The position numbers and the translations under genes were made by a program. A DNA stretch of 64,000 nucleotides from Rhizobium sp. Q54 (GTDB lineage: Bacteria > Pseudomonadota > Alphaproteobacteria > UBA2966 > CAIVPW01): positions 28,293-92,292 of the forward strand of contig CAMDPO010000001.1 in the NCBI GenBank assembly GCA_945904955.1, given 5' to 3'. Of the stretch, positions 53,957 through 64,000 are shown piece after piece. Below the pieces are notes generated by a model, which did not search any database, was not told where the DNA came from, and worked only from the letters and a program-made list of their open reading frames with translations. The number at the start of each line of letters is the position of its first letter. Position 1 is the first letter of the stretch.

Positions 53957-55339
53957 ATGGCCAAGGAAGCACCCAAGACGACGCACGCAGCACCGCGAGC
54001 CGTCGCGACCGCGCGGCCTGTCGAAGCTCCGGCCGGGGCGAAGCGCCCATCGGTGACGGTGACCGACAACTCGACGGGCAAGTCCTACGAGTTCGCTCTG
54101 CAGCAGGGCACGGTCGGACCTGCGGTCTTCGACATTCGCAAGCTCTACAACGAGTCCGGGCTGTTCACCTTCGACCCCGGCTACATGTCGACGGCGAGCT
54201 GCGATTCGAAGATCACCTATGTCGACGGCGAAGAAGGCGTCCTCCTCTACCGCGGCTATCCGATCGAGGAACTGGCCGAGAAGAGCTCCTTCCTCGAGGC
54301 GGCGTACCTGCTGCTCCAGGGCGAGCTGCCGACCCCCGCCGAGTTCAAGGACTTCACCACCAAGATCACGCGCCACACCATGATCCACGAGCAGCTGACC
54401 CAGCTGTTCCGCGGCTTCCGCCGCGACGCCCATCCGATGGCGGTCATGGTCGGCGTGGTCGGCGCCATGAGCGCCTTCTATCCCGGCGAGTCGATCGGCG
54501 CGGCGCACGCCGGCGAACGGCTCTCCAACATTCATCGCATCATCGCCAAGGTGCCGACCATCGCGGCCATGGCCTACAAGTACTCGGTCGGCCAGCCGTT
54601 CATGTACCCGCGCAACGACTTGTCGTTCGCGGGCAACTTCCTGCACATGGTGTTCGCCGTCCCTGCCGAGGAGTACCGGGTCAATCCGGTGCTCGAGCGT
54701 GCGCTCGACGACATTTTTATTCTTCACGCCGACCACGAGCAGAACGCGTCCACCTCCACGGTACGCCTCGCGGGCTCATCGGGTGCCAATCCCTTCGCGT
54801 GCATCGCGGCCGGCATCGCCTGCCTGTGGGGGCCCGCCCACGGCGGCGCCAACGAGGCGGTGCTGACCATGCTGGAAGAGATCGGCAGCGTGAAGCGCAT
54901 CCCCGAGTTCATCGCGCGCGCCAAGGACAAGGACGATCCGTTCCGGCTGATGGGCTTCGGCCATCGCGTCTACAAGAGCTTCGACCCGCGCGCCCAGGTG
55001 CTGCGCAAGCGCGCCCACGAGGTGCTGGACGAGCTCGGCATGCGGGACGAGCCGCTCCTGTCGCTTGCCCAGGAGCTCGAGCGCATCGCCCTCGAGGACG
55101 CCTACTTCGTCGAGCGCAAGCTGTACCCGAACGTCGACTTCTACTCGGGCATCATCCTGCGGGCGATGGGGTTCCCGTCGAGCATGTTCACCTCCCTGTT
55201 CGCGGTCGCCCGCACCGTTGGCTGGTGCGCCCAGTGGGCCGAGATGATCGCCGATCCTTCCCAGAAGATCGGCCGCCCGCGCCAGCTCTATACCGGCGCG
55301 CCGAAGCGCAGCTACACGCCGATCGGCAAGCGCAGCTAG
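53957..55339 (+). CDS. gltA: citrate synthase (type II)
   Basis: 460 aa, motifs [24 protein letters not shown] and GFGHRVYK. Confidence 0.95.
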   Translation: MAKEAPKTTHAAPRAVATARPVEAPAGAKRPSVTVTDNSTGKSYEFALQQGTVGPAVFDIRKLYNESGLFTFDPGYMSTASCDSKITYVDGEEGVLLYRGYPIEELAEKSSFLEAAYLLLQGELPTPAEFKDFTTKITRHTMIHEQLTQLFRGFRRDAHPMAVMVGVVGAMSAFYPGESIGAAHAGERLSNIHRIIAKVPTIAAMAYKYSVGQPFMYPRNDLSFAGNFLHMVFAVPAEEYRVNPVLERALDDIFILHADHEQNASTSTVRLAGSSGANPFACIAAGIACLWGPAHGGANEAVLTMLEEIGSVKRIPEFIARAKDKDDPFRLMGFGHRVYKSFDPRAQVLRKRAHEVLDELGMRDEPLLSLAQELERIALEDAYFVERKLYPNVDFYSGIILRAMGFPSSMFTSLFAVARTVGWCAQWAEMIADPSQKIGRPRQLYTGAPKRSYTPIGKRS

Positions 55340-56532
55340 CTCGGGGCGGCCGTCGATGCCGGCAGCTTGCCGTCGATCACCTTCAGCACCGTGTCCGCCG
55401 CCGCCTGCGACGGCGATCCAGCGAGCGGAGTCAGCATGGCAATCGCCTCGGCCGCTCCCTCCAGCTGCGCCGCACGCCGCTCCGGGTCGGTAAGCACCGC
55501 CGCGACCGCATCGGCCAGACGCGCCGGCGTACAGGCGCCTTGCAGCAGCTCCGGTACGACTGGCCGCCGCAACAGCACGTTGACGAGGTGCACGTAGGGC
55601 GTGCGCGCCAACCGGCTGACGATCATCCAGGTGAGGGGGTTCATGCGGTAGGCGATCACATGCGGTACCTGGGCCAACGCAAGTTCGAGCGCGACCGTGC
55701 CCGAGGCCGCAAGCCCGACGTCGCTGGCAGCCATCGCGTCGTACTTCTCGTCCGGCGGCACGACGATCGTCGGCGCACGCCAGGTCTGTGCAGCTGCCCG
55801 GACGGTCGCCTCGAGGTGCGGCACCGCCGGCACCACCGCGGTGAGCCCTTCGAACTCGCCCGCCAGCGTCCGCACGGTCTCGCCGAACGGGCCCAACAGG
55901 CGGGACGTCTCGCTGCCGCGGCTGCCGGGCAGGACGCAGACGACCGGCGCATCGCTAGCAATGCTGTGACGGGCGCGGAACGCCGCGCGGTCGCCCGACC
56001 GCGCACCGGACTCGATGACCGGGTGCCCGACGAAGGTGCTGCGCAGCCCCTCCTCCTCGAACAGGCGAGGCTCGAACGGCAACAAGGTCAGCAGGTGGTC
56101 GAACAGCGGCGCGATCTTCTTGGCGCGGCCCGGCCGCCATGCCCACACGCTCGGTGCGACGTAGTGGATCATGGTCAGGCCCTGAGGCTTGAGCCGCTTC
56201 GCCAGGCGGAAATTGAAGCCCGGCGAATCGATGGTGACGATCGCGTCGGGTCCGCTCGCCAGGGCGTGGTCCTCGGCTTCGCGCAATCGGCGCGCGAGGT
56301 GGCGCACCTTGGGCAGCACCTCGGCAATCCCCATGAGGCTCAGCTCCTGCATGGGGAACAGCGACACGAGTCCGCGCGCCTCCATGACGGGGCCGCCGAT
56401 GCCTGTGAAGCGCACGGCGCCACCCGCGCTCGCCTGGAGTGCCGCCATCAGTCCGGCACCGAGCGCGTCGCCCGACGCCTCTCCGGCCACCAGCATCACG
56501 TGCAGGGTGCGGCGGGTTCGAACGGTCCCCAT
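55336..56532 (-). CDS. lpxB: lipid-A-disaccharide synthase
   Basis: N-terminal VAGEASGD motif, about 390 aa, in the conserved lpx cluster. A start at 56499 ([10 protein letters not shown]) is also possible. Confidence 0.85.
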   Translation of the reverse strand: MGTVRTRRTLHVMLVAGEASGDALGAGLMAALQASAGGAVRFTGIGGPVMEARGLVSLFPMQELSLMGIAEVLPKVRHLARRLREAEDHALASGPDAIVTIDSPGFNFRLAKRLKPQGLTMIHYVAPSVWAWRPGRAKKIAPLFDHLLTLLPFEPRLFEEEGLRSTFVGHPVIESGARSGDRAAFRARHSIASDAPVVCVLPGSRGSETSRLLGPFGETVRTLAGEFEGLTAVVPAVPHLEATVRAAAQTWRAPTIVVPPDEKYDAMAASDVGLAASGTVALELALAQVPHVIAYRMNPLTWMIVSRLARTPYVHLVNVLLRRPVVPELLQGACTPARLADAVAAVLTDPERRAAQLEGAAEAIAMLTPLAGSPSQAAADTVLKVIDGKLPASTAAPS

Positions 56533-56541
56533 GCGCGGGCG

Positions 56542-57390
56542 TCAGGCCAGATCGGCGGCGCTCAGGCCGTAAACGAACTGCCCGGTGGCGGTCGCCGTTG
56601 CCACCACCTCGGCGCGGCGCACGATCAGGGTGCCGCCCGCCTCGATGGCGACGCCGGCCAGCCCGGCCGCGCGAACGGCGGCGATAGTGTCAGGGCCAAT
56701 GACGGGCAGGTCGACGCGCCGATCCTGTCCCATCTTCTTCAGCTTCACGAGGACGCCGGCCTGGCCTTCGCGCTTCAGCTCGGCGCAACGGCGCAGCAGC
56801 GCGTCGGTTCCCTCGACCGCCTCGACACCGAGGACGATGCCCTGCTGCACGACGACGGCATGGCCGACATCGACGGCGCCGAGCGCGCGCGCAACCGCCA
56901 CGCCGCGCGCAATGTCGGCGCGATGGGCATCAGTGGGGGCGATCGCGCCCAGCGCACCGGGTGGCGCCAGCAGGTCCTCAAGAAGGTCGTCGGCGCCGAG
57001 GACGCGAAACCCCTCGCCTTCCAACTCTTTCACCAGCACGCGCAGGACGGCGTCGTCACCACCGGCGGCGGCAACCTTGGCGAGCACGAGCAAGCCGCGC
57101 GCGTCAGGACGCAGGGTCGAAAGAGCCGGCCGGCGCATGCGGCCGGCGAGCACCACGGCCTGGCAGCCGGCCTGGCGCAGCAGCTGGAACGTCTTGCCGA
57201 CCGCCGCGATGTCGACCCACGCATGGCGCGTGCCGGCGACAAGGCCAGGATCGGTGAAGCCGTTGAAGGCGACGACGAACGGTTCGCGGCCGCCGGCGCG
57301 GCACGCCTCGACCAGCATGCCGGGGAGGTCACCGCTTCCCGCGAGGATGCCGACGCTCTGCGCCGAAACGGCCGCCGCCGACCCGGTCAC
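56542..57390 (-). CDS. lpxI: UDP-2,3-diacylglucosamine diphosphatase LpxI (DUF1009 family)
   Basis: GTG start 3 nt after the lpxA stop. Motifs GILAGSGDLP and a C-terminal region ending LIVRRAEVVATA. About 282 aa, located between lpxA and lpxB as in alphaproteobacteria. Confidence 0.75.
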   Translation of the reverse strand: MTGSAAAVSAQSVGILAGSGDLPGMLVEACRAGGREPFVVAFNGFTDPGLVAGTRHAWVDIAAVGKTFQLLRQAGCQAVVLAGRMRRPALSTLRPDARGLLVLAKVAAAGGDDAVLRVLVKELEGEGFRVLGADDLLEDLLAPPGALGAIAPTDAHRADIARGVAVARALGAVDVGHAVVVQQGIVLGVEAVEGTDALLRRCAELKREGQAGVLVKLKKMGQDRRVDLPVIGPDTIAAVRAAGLAGVAIEAGGTLIVRRAEVVATATATGQFVYGLSAADLA

Positions 57391-57392
57391 CG

Positions 57393-58232
57393 CTAGCCGC
57401 TCCGCGCGACCTTGGGTTGGCAGAGCGCGCGATCCGCTTGCGCCTTGATGAATCCGAGCACTTCCCCGACCAGTGGATTGTCGCCGAACTCCTCGCTCAC
57501 GTCGGCGATTCGCTCCTTGAAGGTGCCCTCTTCGCCGAACAGCATGCGATACGCCTTCTGCAGGTTGTGGATCGCCTCGCGCTCGAAGCCGCGGCGCTTC
57601 AGGCCCACCAGGTTGAGGCCCGCAAGGTGGGCGCGGTCGCCCATTACGGTGCCGAAGGGAATGACGTCCGACTCGACGGCCGACATGCCGCCGATCATGG
57701 CGTGGGAGCCGATGCGGACGAACTGATGCACCGCCGACATGCCTCCGAGAATGGCGTGGTCGCCGATCTCGACGTGCCCCCCGAGGGTGGCGTTGTTCAC
57801 CAGGATGACGTGGTTGCCGATCTTGCAGTCGTGGGCGACGTGCGCGCCTGCCATGATCAGGCAATCGTCGCCGATCCTCGTCAGCATGCCGCCACCGCGC
57901 GTGCCGGGGTTGATAGTGACGTGCTCACGAATCTTGCAGCGGGCGCCGATCACCACTTCCGACGGCTCGCCCGCAAACTTGAGGTCTTGCGGCGCGTGGC
58001 CTACGCAGGCGAACGGAAAGATCTCGACGTTCGGCCCGATGCGCGTGCGGCCGGCCACCACGACGTGCGAGTGAAGGATTGCGTTGGGCCCGAGCTCGAC
58101 GTCCGCGTCGATGCGGCAGAACGGTCCGACCTTGGTACCGGCACCGAGGCACGCACCCGCAGCGACGACGGCGGTGGGATGAACGTCGCGCGTGTCCGCG
58201 TCGCGGGTCGCCTGCGCCTGTTGCTTACTCAT
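57393..58232 (-). CDS. lpxA: acyl-ACP--UDP-N-acetylglucosamine O-acyltransferase
   Basis: Left-handed beta-helix hexapeptide repeats, a catalytic His region (GGMSAVHQF) and a C-terminal helical domain. Confidence 0.85.
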   Translation of the reverse strand: MSKQQAQATRDADTRDVHPTAVVAAGACLGAGTKVGPFCRIDADVELGPNAILHSHVVVAGRTRIGPNVEIFPFACVGHAPQDLKFAGEPSEVVIGARCKIREHVTINPGTRGGGMLTRIGDDCLIMAGAHVAHDCKIGNHVILVNNATLGGHVEIGDHAILGGMSAVHQFVRIGSHAMIGGMSAVESDVIPFGTVMGDRAHLAGLNLVGLKRRGFEREAIHNLQKAYRMLFGEEGTFKERIADVSEEFGDNPLVGEVLGFIKAQADRALCQPKVARSG

Positions 58233-58692
58233 CGACGACCATGGCGCTGAAGTTCGCTTCGGCGACCACCTTTTCGTCCACGGTGCACTTGCCGTCGAAC
58301 TTCCAGACGTTGGCGCGGCGGTGCGTCCTGGTGACATGGATGCGCATCGAATCGCCCGGCACCACCGGCTTGCGGAAGCGCGCGTTCTCGATAGCGAGGA
58401 AATACACGAGCTTGCCGGACCCTTGCAGGTCGCGCTCGGAGTAGGCGCACAGCACCGCTGCGGTCTGCGCCATCGCCTCGACGATCATCACCCCGGGCAT
58501 GATCGGGCGCGCCGGGAAGTGGCCTACGAAATGCGGCTCGTTGATGGTGACGTTCTTGATACCGACCGCGCTCTGATCCCGAATCAAGTCGACGACGCGA
58601 TCGACCATGAGCATCGGATAGCGATGGGGGATCATCTGCATGATCTGCAGGATGTCGGCCGTACCGACCTCGATGCCGGCGGTATCGTTCAT
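58225..58692 (-). CDS. fabZ: 3-hydroxyacyl-ACP dehydratase FabZ
   Basis: 155 aa, hotdog fold with the HFVGHFP motif ([16 protein letters not shown]). Confidence 0.9.
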   Translation of the reverse strand: MNDTAGIEVGTADILQIMQMIPHRYPMLMVDRVVDLIRDQSAVGIKNVTINEPHFVGHFPARPIMPGVMIVEAMAQTAAVLCAYSERDLQGSGKLVYFLAIENARFRKPVVPGDSMRIHVTRTHRRANVWKFDGKCTVDEKVVAEANFSAMVVDE

Positions 58693-59723
58693 CACTCCTC
58701 CTTGGCCGCGTCGGGCGCCAACTTTGCCATCTTCCGCAGAGCCGCAGTTTGCCGGTGCCAGGCGCGAATGGGAACCGCCGGATAGCCACCCACGACTTGG
58801 CCCGGCGGAACGTCGCGAATGACGCCGCTGCCGCCAGCGATCTGAACGCCGGACCCGATGGTCAGGTGCCCGGCGATGCCGACCTTGCCACCCATGGCGA
58901 CGAAATCCCCGAGGGTCGTGCTGCCAGCGATGCCGCAAAGGCCAGCGACGATGCAGCCGCGCCCGAGGCGCACGTTGTGCCCGATGTGGACCAGGTTGTC
59001 GATCCAGCAGCCCGGGCCGATCACCGTGTCGGGCCCAGAGCCGCGATCGATCGTGGTGTTGGCGCCGACCTCGACGCCATCGTGAATGATGACGCGGCCG
59101 AGCTGCGGCACGCGGATGTGGCCCTTGGGGTCGGGGACAAAGCCAAAACCATCCTGTCCGACGCGCACGCCGGCATAGAGGTTGACGTTGGCGCCGATGA
59201 CCGCGTGGCTGATGCTCGCGCCGGCACCGACCCGGCATCCGTCACCCAGGACGACACCACGCCCGATGCTGGCGTTGGCGCCGAGGAAGCAGCCATTGCC
59301 GATCTCGGCATGGGCGCGAATCACGACCCCCGGCTCGATGGTGCAGCCGGCGCCGATGCGGGCGGAGGCATCGATATGCACGGTTGCCGCCACGCCTGCG
59401 TCCGGCCGCGGCTCGGGATACAGGAGCGCGGCAGCAAGGGCGAAGGTGCGATGCGGGTTGTTGGAAAGCAGCAGCACCGCGTCCTTGGGTGCCAGGTCAC
59501 GATGCTTGGCGCGGATCGCGATCGCGCCGGCGCGGCTCGCGGTCACCTGCGCGCGGTAGCGCGGGTTGTCGAAGAACGCGAGGTCTGCAGGCCCGGCCGC
59601 GTCCAAAGCGGCGACGCCGGCAATGTGTCGCGTTCCTTCACCCGCGACGGTCGCCCCGCTTCGTTCCGCTAGTTCGGCCGCGCTGAACGGACCGCTGGCC
59701 CTGAAGAAGCGCGGATCGGGCAT
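58692..59723 (-). CDS. lpxD: UDP-3-O-(3-hydroxyacyl)glucosamine N-acyltransferase
   Basis: 343 aa, N-terminal LpxD domain plus hexapeptide-repeat beta-helix. Its stop overlaps the fabZ start by 1 nt. Confidence 0.9.
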   Translation of the reverse strand: MPDPRFFRASGPFSAAELAERSGATVAGEGTRHIAGVAALDAAGPADLAFFDNPRYRAQVTASRAGAIAIRAKHRDLAPKDAVLLLSNNPHRTFALAAALLYPEPRPDAGVAATVHIDASARIGAGCTIEPGVVIRAHAEIGNGCFLGANASIGRGVVLGDGCRVGAGASISHAVIGANVNLYAGVRVGQDGFGFVPDPKGHIRVPQLGRVIIHDGVEVGANTTIDRGSGPDTVIGPGCWIDNLVHIGHNVRLGRGCIVAGLCGIAGSTTLGDFVAMGGKVGIAGHLTIGSGVQIAGGSGVIRDVPPGQVVGGYPAVPIRAWHRQTAALRKMAKLAPDAAKEE

Positions 59724-60377
59724 CTACCGTTCAGGCGGCAACGTTACCGCGACGGACGGCAGCCGCTGATCGACGCGCGTCTGCGTATCCGCAGTCAGGT
59801 CGAGCGCCGCCGTCGGCACCAGCACCGCATTGCGGTCGAGCACCAAGTTGAAGCCGCGCTCGCGCTGCAATTCGGTCAGCGCCGAGACGATCGCCGTCGT
59901 CACCTTACCCATCGCCTCGCTAAAAAGACGATCCAAGGTGCGATTGCGTTCCTCCACCAAGCGTTGTGCGCGATCGACGGCGGCCTCGAACTCACGGCGG
60001 CGCGCCGCGAAAGCGTCGGCGGCCAGGATCGCCTGCTGACGCTGCAGCTCTTGCTCCTGGGCGCGCAGCTGATCCTCGATCTTGCTGATCTCGGTCGAGT
60101 AGACCTCCTGGATGGCCGCCAGCTGGCGTTGGATGTCCTTGGCAGCCAACGAGTTGGCGCGCACTTGAGCGACGTCCACGACGCCGATGATCGCGGCCGG
60201 CAAGGGTCCCGCTGGTGTCTGCGTTGCTGCCTTGGGAACGACCTGCGGGGCCGTGGGCGTAGTGGTCTTCGGGACAACCGGCGCCGGCGTGGTCGTTTTG
60301 GGAGTCACCTGCGCCCACGCATTCGACGCCAAGAGGATCCCCGCCAGCAGGGCAAACACTCGAACCATCATGCGCAA
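59724..60377 (-). CDS. OmpH/Skp family periplasmic chaperone
   Basis: Signal peptide (ALLAGILLASNAWAQ), Thr/Pro-rich linker and a coiled-coil Skp body, located between bamA and lpxD. Confidence 0.8.
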   Translation of the reverse strand: MRMMVRVFALLAGILLASNAWAQVTPKTTTPAPVVPKTTTPTAPQVVPKAATQTPAGPLPAAIIGVVDVAQVRANSLAAKDIQRQLAAIQEVYSTEISKIEDQLRAQEQELQRQQAILAADAFAARRREFEAAVDRAQRLVEERNRTLDRLFSEAMGKVTTAIVSALTELQRERGFNLVLDRNAVLVPTAALDLTADTQTRVDQRLPSVAVTLPPER

Positions 60378-60392
60378 ACCTTTGCTTGAAAC

Positions 60393-62711
60393 CTAGAAGC
60401 GCGAGCCAAAGCTGAACCGGAACCGCTCGGTGCGGTCGAACTCCTCGGTACGCAATGGCCAAGCGAATTCGAAGCGAATCTGTCCGATCGGTGACATCCA
60501 CGAAAGGCCGGTGCCATAGGTGATGCGCGGCTCGGTGCTGTCGAATATTCCGCTCGGTCCCGGCTCGATGCCTGGGCCCCACAGCGCGCCCATGTCGGTG
60601 AACACGCTGCCACGCACGCCCAAGTCCCTCGGCAAGCCGATCGGGAAGCTCATCTCGGCCGTCGTCACATAGTAGGCCTTGCCACCCAGCGAATCGAGCG
60701 TGTCGGGGTCGCGCGGACCAATGCCCGAATTGCGGAATCCGCGGAACGTGTCGCCGCCCATGTAGAAACGGTCGGCGATGCTCAGGTCCTTGCCGAGGCC
60801 CGTGATGTGGCCGACGTCGGCGGCGAGAGTGCCGATCCAGTCCTCGGACCACAGTGGCGTGTGGAACTCGGCGCCGGCGACCGTACGCAGGTAGCGCGCC
60901 TCGCCGCCGAAGCCAGCAAGTTCCTGGTTGATGCGGAGCGCGTAGCCCTCGGTCGGGAACAGCACGTCGTTGCGGCGGTCGTACAGCAGCGAGTAACCGA
61001 TCGCCGAGATGAGGCGCTTTCCCTCCTGCTCGCGGATGTAGCGCGATGCGTTGTCGCCCACGCTCTCGACGCCAACCTGACGCAACGTATAGCGGAAGCT
61101 CGAACTGAGATTCTCGGTGAGGGGCAAGCCGGCGCGCAGCGAGAACCCCTGGGTCGAGAGCATGTAAGACGAGGTCCGGCGCAGGTCGCTGGTACGGGTG
61201 AACAGATCGAAGCCGGCCGAGATGCCGCGCCCCATGAAGTACGGCTGGGTGAACGAAAGATCGAGATCTTGCCGCCGCGTCGCATAGGTGATGCCGAGGC
61301 GCAGGGCGAGGCCGCGGCCCAGCAGGTTGCGCTCCGACAGGCTGATGTCGGCGATGAACTGATCCGTCGTCGAATAGCCGAACCCGAACACGAGCTCGCC
61401 GGTCGAACGCTCGCGCACCGTCATGTTCAGGTCGACGCGATCGGCCGGCGCGACGCCCTGAAGCTCCGGCGGCAACGGCGACTCGGCCGGCCGCTGATTC
61501 ATCTGCACATCGTCGAAGTAGCCGAGCGCCCGCACGCGCTGCAGCGAACGCTGTACCTTGGCGGTATTGAAGGCGTCGCCTTCCGAGATGCGGAATTCGC
61601 GGCGAATCACCGAGTCCAAGGTACGGACGTTGCCGGCGATATTGATTCGGTCGACGTAGACGCGCGGACCCTCGGCCACCTCGTAGACAACGGCGATGGT
61701 GCGCGCCTCGCCGTCGCGCGTGATACGCGGCCGAATGTCAACGAAGGCGTAGCCGAAGCGGCCCGCCTCGAACGTCATGTCGAGGATCGTGTCCTCGATG
61801 GCGGCGGAGCTGAACGTCTCGCCCTTCTTGGTCGAGACGAAACTGCGCAGGTCGTTGGCGTTGAGCTCTGGAATGCGCGAGACAACGTCGATATCTCCGA
61901 ACGTGTAGCGCGCGCCCTCGTCCACGGTGAATGTCAGGAAGAAGTCGCGCCCATCCGGCGTCAGCTGTGCCACCGCCGAGGTCACGGCAAAGTCGGCGTA
62001 GCCGCGCGAGTTGTAGTAGCGGCGCAGCTGCTCCTGATCGAACGAGACACGGTCGGGATCGTAGGTGTCATCCGTGGTCAGGAAGCGCCACCACCGCGCT
62101 TCCTTGGTTTGAATGGCAGCGCGCAGCGCGTTGTCGCTGTAGGCCCGATTGCCGATGAAGCGGATGCGGCGGATGCCGGTCAGCGGCCCTTCGTTGACCT
62201 CGAACACGAGATCGACGCGGTTCTGTGGCAGTTGGATGACCTTGGGCTCGATGCTGGCCGCAAAGCGTCCATTGCGGTGATAGACCTGCAGGAGGCGCTG
62301 CACGTCCGCCTGCACGCGGCTGCGCGTGAAGACGACGCGCGGACGCAACTGGACCTCGGGCTCGAGCACCTCGTCGCGGACGGCGCGATTGCCCTCGAAA
62401 GCAATGCGATTGATGACGGGGTTCTCGACGACCCGCACCACCAGCGCGTTGCCGGCACGCGAAATGGTGACGTCGGCGAACAGGTTGGTGGCAAACAAGT
62501 TCTTGAGAGAATTGTCGACGCGGGTCGCGTCAGCCTGGTCGCCCGGACGGATGTCCAGGTACGAGAGGATCGTCTCGCGCTCGATGCGCTGATTGCCCTC
62601 GACGCGAATCTCAGCGATCGCCGGGGTCGGCGCCTGCACCTGCGCCACCGCGCCGCCGACGGCGAGCGTCAGCGCCAGGCAGACGCCAAAAATGCGCAGA
62701 AACTGCGTCAC
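60393..62711 (-). CDS. bamA: outer membrane protein assembly factor BamA
   Basis: 772 aa, signal peptide, five POTRA-like repeats and a C-terminal Omp85 beta-barrel ending in RFRFSFGSRF. Confidence 0.92.
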   Translation of the reverse strand: MTQFLRIFGVCLALTLAVGGAVAQVQAPTPAIAEIRVEGNQRIERETILSYLDIRPGDQADATRVDNSLKNLFATNLFADVTISRAGNALVVRVVENPVINRIAFEGNRAVRDEVLEPEVQLRPRVVFTRSRVQADVQRLLQVYHRNGRFAASIEPKVIQLPQNRVDLVFEVNEGPLTGIRRIRFIGNRAYSDNALRAAIQTKEARWWRFLTTDDTYDPDRVSFDQEQLRRYYNSRGYADFAVTSAVAQLTPDGRDFFLTFTVDEGARYTFGDIDVVSRIPELNANDLRSFVSTKKGETFSSAAIEDTILDMTFEAGRFGYAFVDIRPRITRDGEARTIAVVYEVAEGPRVYVDRINIAGNVRTLDSVIRREFRISEGDAFNTAKVQRSLQRVRALGYFDDVQMNQRPAESPLPPELQGVAPADRVDLNMTVRERSTGELVFGFGYSTTDQFIADISLSERNLLGRGLALRLGITYATRRQDLDLSFTQPYFMGRGISAGFDLFTRTSDLRRTSSYMLSTQGFSLRAGLPLTENLSSSFRYTLRQVGVESVGDNASRYIREQEGKRLISAIGYSLLYDRRNDVLFPTEGYALRINQELAGFGGEARYLRTVAGAEFHTPLWSEDWIGTLAADVGHITGLGKDLSIADRFYMGGDTFRGFRNSGIGPRDPDTLDSLGGKAYYVTTAEMSFPIGLPRDLGVRGSVFTDMGALWGPGIEPGPSGIFDSTEPRITYGTGLSWMSPIGQIRFEFAWPLRTEEFDRTERFRFSFGSRF

Positions 62712-62757
62712 GACCCCCGTCCCCCCACTACCGCAAACTAGCTACGAAAATGCCCGA

Positions 62758-63846
62758 TCATGTTCCCGGACGGCCGAGATCATTCCAGGTCGCAAAGAAC
62801 ATCAGCATCAGTACCAGCGCCAGCCCCAACCGGAATGCGTATTCCTGAGCACGCGGCGCCAGCGGCCGTCCCCGCACGGCCTCGAAGGCGTAGAACAACA
62901 AATGACCGCCGTCCAGCAGCGGCACCGGAAACAGGTTGATGAGCCCCAGGTTGACCGAGAGCAGCGCCATGAACTCGATCACAGCGCTGACGCCGATCTG
63001 GGCGGCCTCACCCGACATGCGCGCAATTCCCAGCGGCCCGGAAAGGTCGTCCGCCGGCATGGTGCCCGTGATCATCCGTCCGACAGACACCAACGTCTGG
63101 GTCGTGATGAACCACGTCTGCTTGCCGGCATACCACAGCGCCTCGGCTGGATTGCGGCGGACCTGCTCGAACCCGGCGCTGCGCACACCGAGATAGCCAA
63201 CCACATGCTCGCGGCCGCTGCGATCGGTTAGGGTTCGCGTCCCCGGCGTGGCGCGCAGCGTCACGTTCTGTCCGTCGCGCAGCACGACGAAGTCCATCTG
63301 GCGGCCGGCACCAACCAGCACCAGCTGCATCAGGTCCTCGAACCTCTGCACAGCGAAGCCGTCGACCTCGACGATACGGTCGCCGCCACGGAAGCCGGCC
63401 TGGGCCGCAACCGTGTCGGGCTGCACCTCGGCGATCACCGGCGTCGTAAACGGCTGACCGACCGTGGCGAAGAGCCCGGCGAACAGCAGGATGGCGAAAA
63501 TGAAATTGGCGGCCGGCCCGGCGACGACGACAGCGGCACGGCTGCCGAGCGGCTTGTGGTGGAACGAGAACTCGCGTTCGGCGGGCGAAATTTCCTGCGC
63601 CGGTCCCGCGGAGCTCACGCCCATGTCGCCGAAGAACTTTACGTAACCGCCGAGCGGGATCCAGCTGATCTTCCAGCGCGTGCCGGAGCGGTCGGTCCAG
63701 CCGAAAATCTCTTTACCGAAGCCGATCGAGAACGTCTCGACACGCACTCCACGCCAGCGCGCGACAAGGTAGTGCCCCATCTCGTGCACGAACACGAGAA
63801 CGGTCAGCACGACCAAGAAGGCGACGACGGACGTGACGATGGTCAT
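62758..63846 (-). CDS. rseP: RIP zinc metalloprotease RseP (site-2 protease)
   Basis: HEMGHYLVAR (HExxH) in TM1, an internal PDZ domain, and the LDG motif (NLFPVPLLDGGHLLFY). Confidence 0.88.
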   Translation of the reverse strand: MTIVTSVVAFLVVLTVLVFVHEMGHYLVARWRGVRVETFSIGFGKEIFGWTDRSGTRWKISWIPLGGYVKFFGDMGVSSAGPAQEISPAEREFSFHHKPLGSRAAVVVAGPAANFIFAILLFAGLFATVGQPFTTPVIAEVQPDTVAAQAGFRGGDRIVEVDGFAVQRFEDLMQLVLVGAGRQMDFVVLRDGQNVTLRATPGTRTLTDRSGREHVVGYLGVRSAGFEQVRRNPAEALWYAGKQTWFITTQTLVSVGRMITGTMPADDLSGPLGIARMSGEAAQIGVSAVIEFMALLSVNLGLINLFPVPLLDGGHLLFYAFEAVRGRPLAPRAQEYAFRLGLALVLMLMFFATWNDLGRPGT

Positions 63847-63907
63847 CTACGGTTCAGGTCAGGCCAGAGGGAGTCAGCGCCATCGAGGTCAGGAGGGTCG
63901 ACACGGC

Positions 63908-64000
63908 TCACTGCCCCATGAGCGCGCGTGCGGCTCGCCGGGCCATGGCATCGACTTCCAGGACGTCGTCCAACGTTGTGAGTGGCGTGCGGTCGGTCGT
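63908..64000 (-). CDS. 3' end of an upstream minus-strand gene (possibly dxr, by synteny only)
   Basis: An open frame on the minus strand ends ...VDAMARRAARALMGQ with the stop at about 63908-63910 and continues beyond the window. The dxr guess rests only on the usual dxr-rseP-bamA order. Confidence 0.25.
   Translation of the reverse strand, partial: TTDRTPLTTLDDVLEVDAMARRAARALMGQ

Noticed and set aside
53680-57396. 1238-aa plus-strand ORF
   Set aside because: It spans gltA in another frame and is antisense to lpxB/lpxI. Real genes with clear motifs occupy the same DNA, so it is a spurious high-GC ORF.

Overview
This is a high-GC (about 65-70%) alphaproteobacterial chromosomal segment that is mostly conserved housekeeping operons. 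The synteny is Hyphomicrobiales/Rhizobiales-like, and the intergenic hairpin repeats are of the Bradyrhizobiaceae type; the taxon is my inference. Minus strand (left part): a DUF4336-like gene and a Sel1-repeat gene, then hflX-hfq, a D-amino-acid aminotransferase, and ntrX-ntrY-ntrC-ntrB with a degP-like protease. Further right on the minus strand are ratA-like/lipA, lpdA-pdhC-pdhB-pdhA-ftsB, eno-kdsA-pyrG-secG-(MsrQ-like)-tpiA, and an M48/PDZ lipoprotein peptidase. Plus strand: ispDF-pgpA-cinA followed by two tandem CPBP (CAAX/Abi-type) intramembrane proteases, ppiD-trpE, trpG-trpD-trpC-moaC-moeA, lexA with a GTTC-N7-GTTC box, and gltX-gltA. Minus strand again, right end: lpxB-lpxI-lpxA-fabZ-lpxD-skp-bamA-rseP and a partial dxr-like end. 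The parts that look non-core are the following.
(i) A 745-aa protein with an N-terminal GSCFA domain and a C-terminal SGNH hydrolase domain sits between lexA and comEC.
(ii) A YciI-like protein with a Lys/Ala-rich histone-H1-like tail is paired with a long ECF sigma factor.
(iii) Next to comEC there is a small lower-GC islet with a secreted small protein and a DUF5681-like gene that is frameshifted in a poly-A run.
(iv) A small GIY-YIG nuclease gene is bracketed by three copies of a 29-bp palindromic hairpin.
(v) The eno-ftsB spacer holds two REP-like elements, one of which recurs upstream of dat.
(vi) There is a putative EipB/DUF1849-like periplasmic protein with a Pro/Thr/Ala-rich tail.
(vii) There is a probable fragmented membrane-protein pseudogene.
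I found no CRISPR array, rRNA or tRNA. Coordinates of non-ORF features are approximate (within a few bp).
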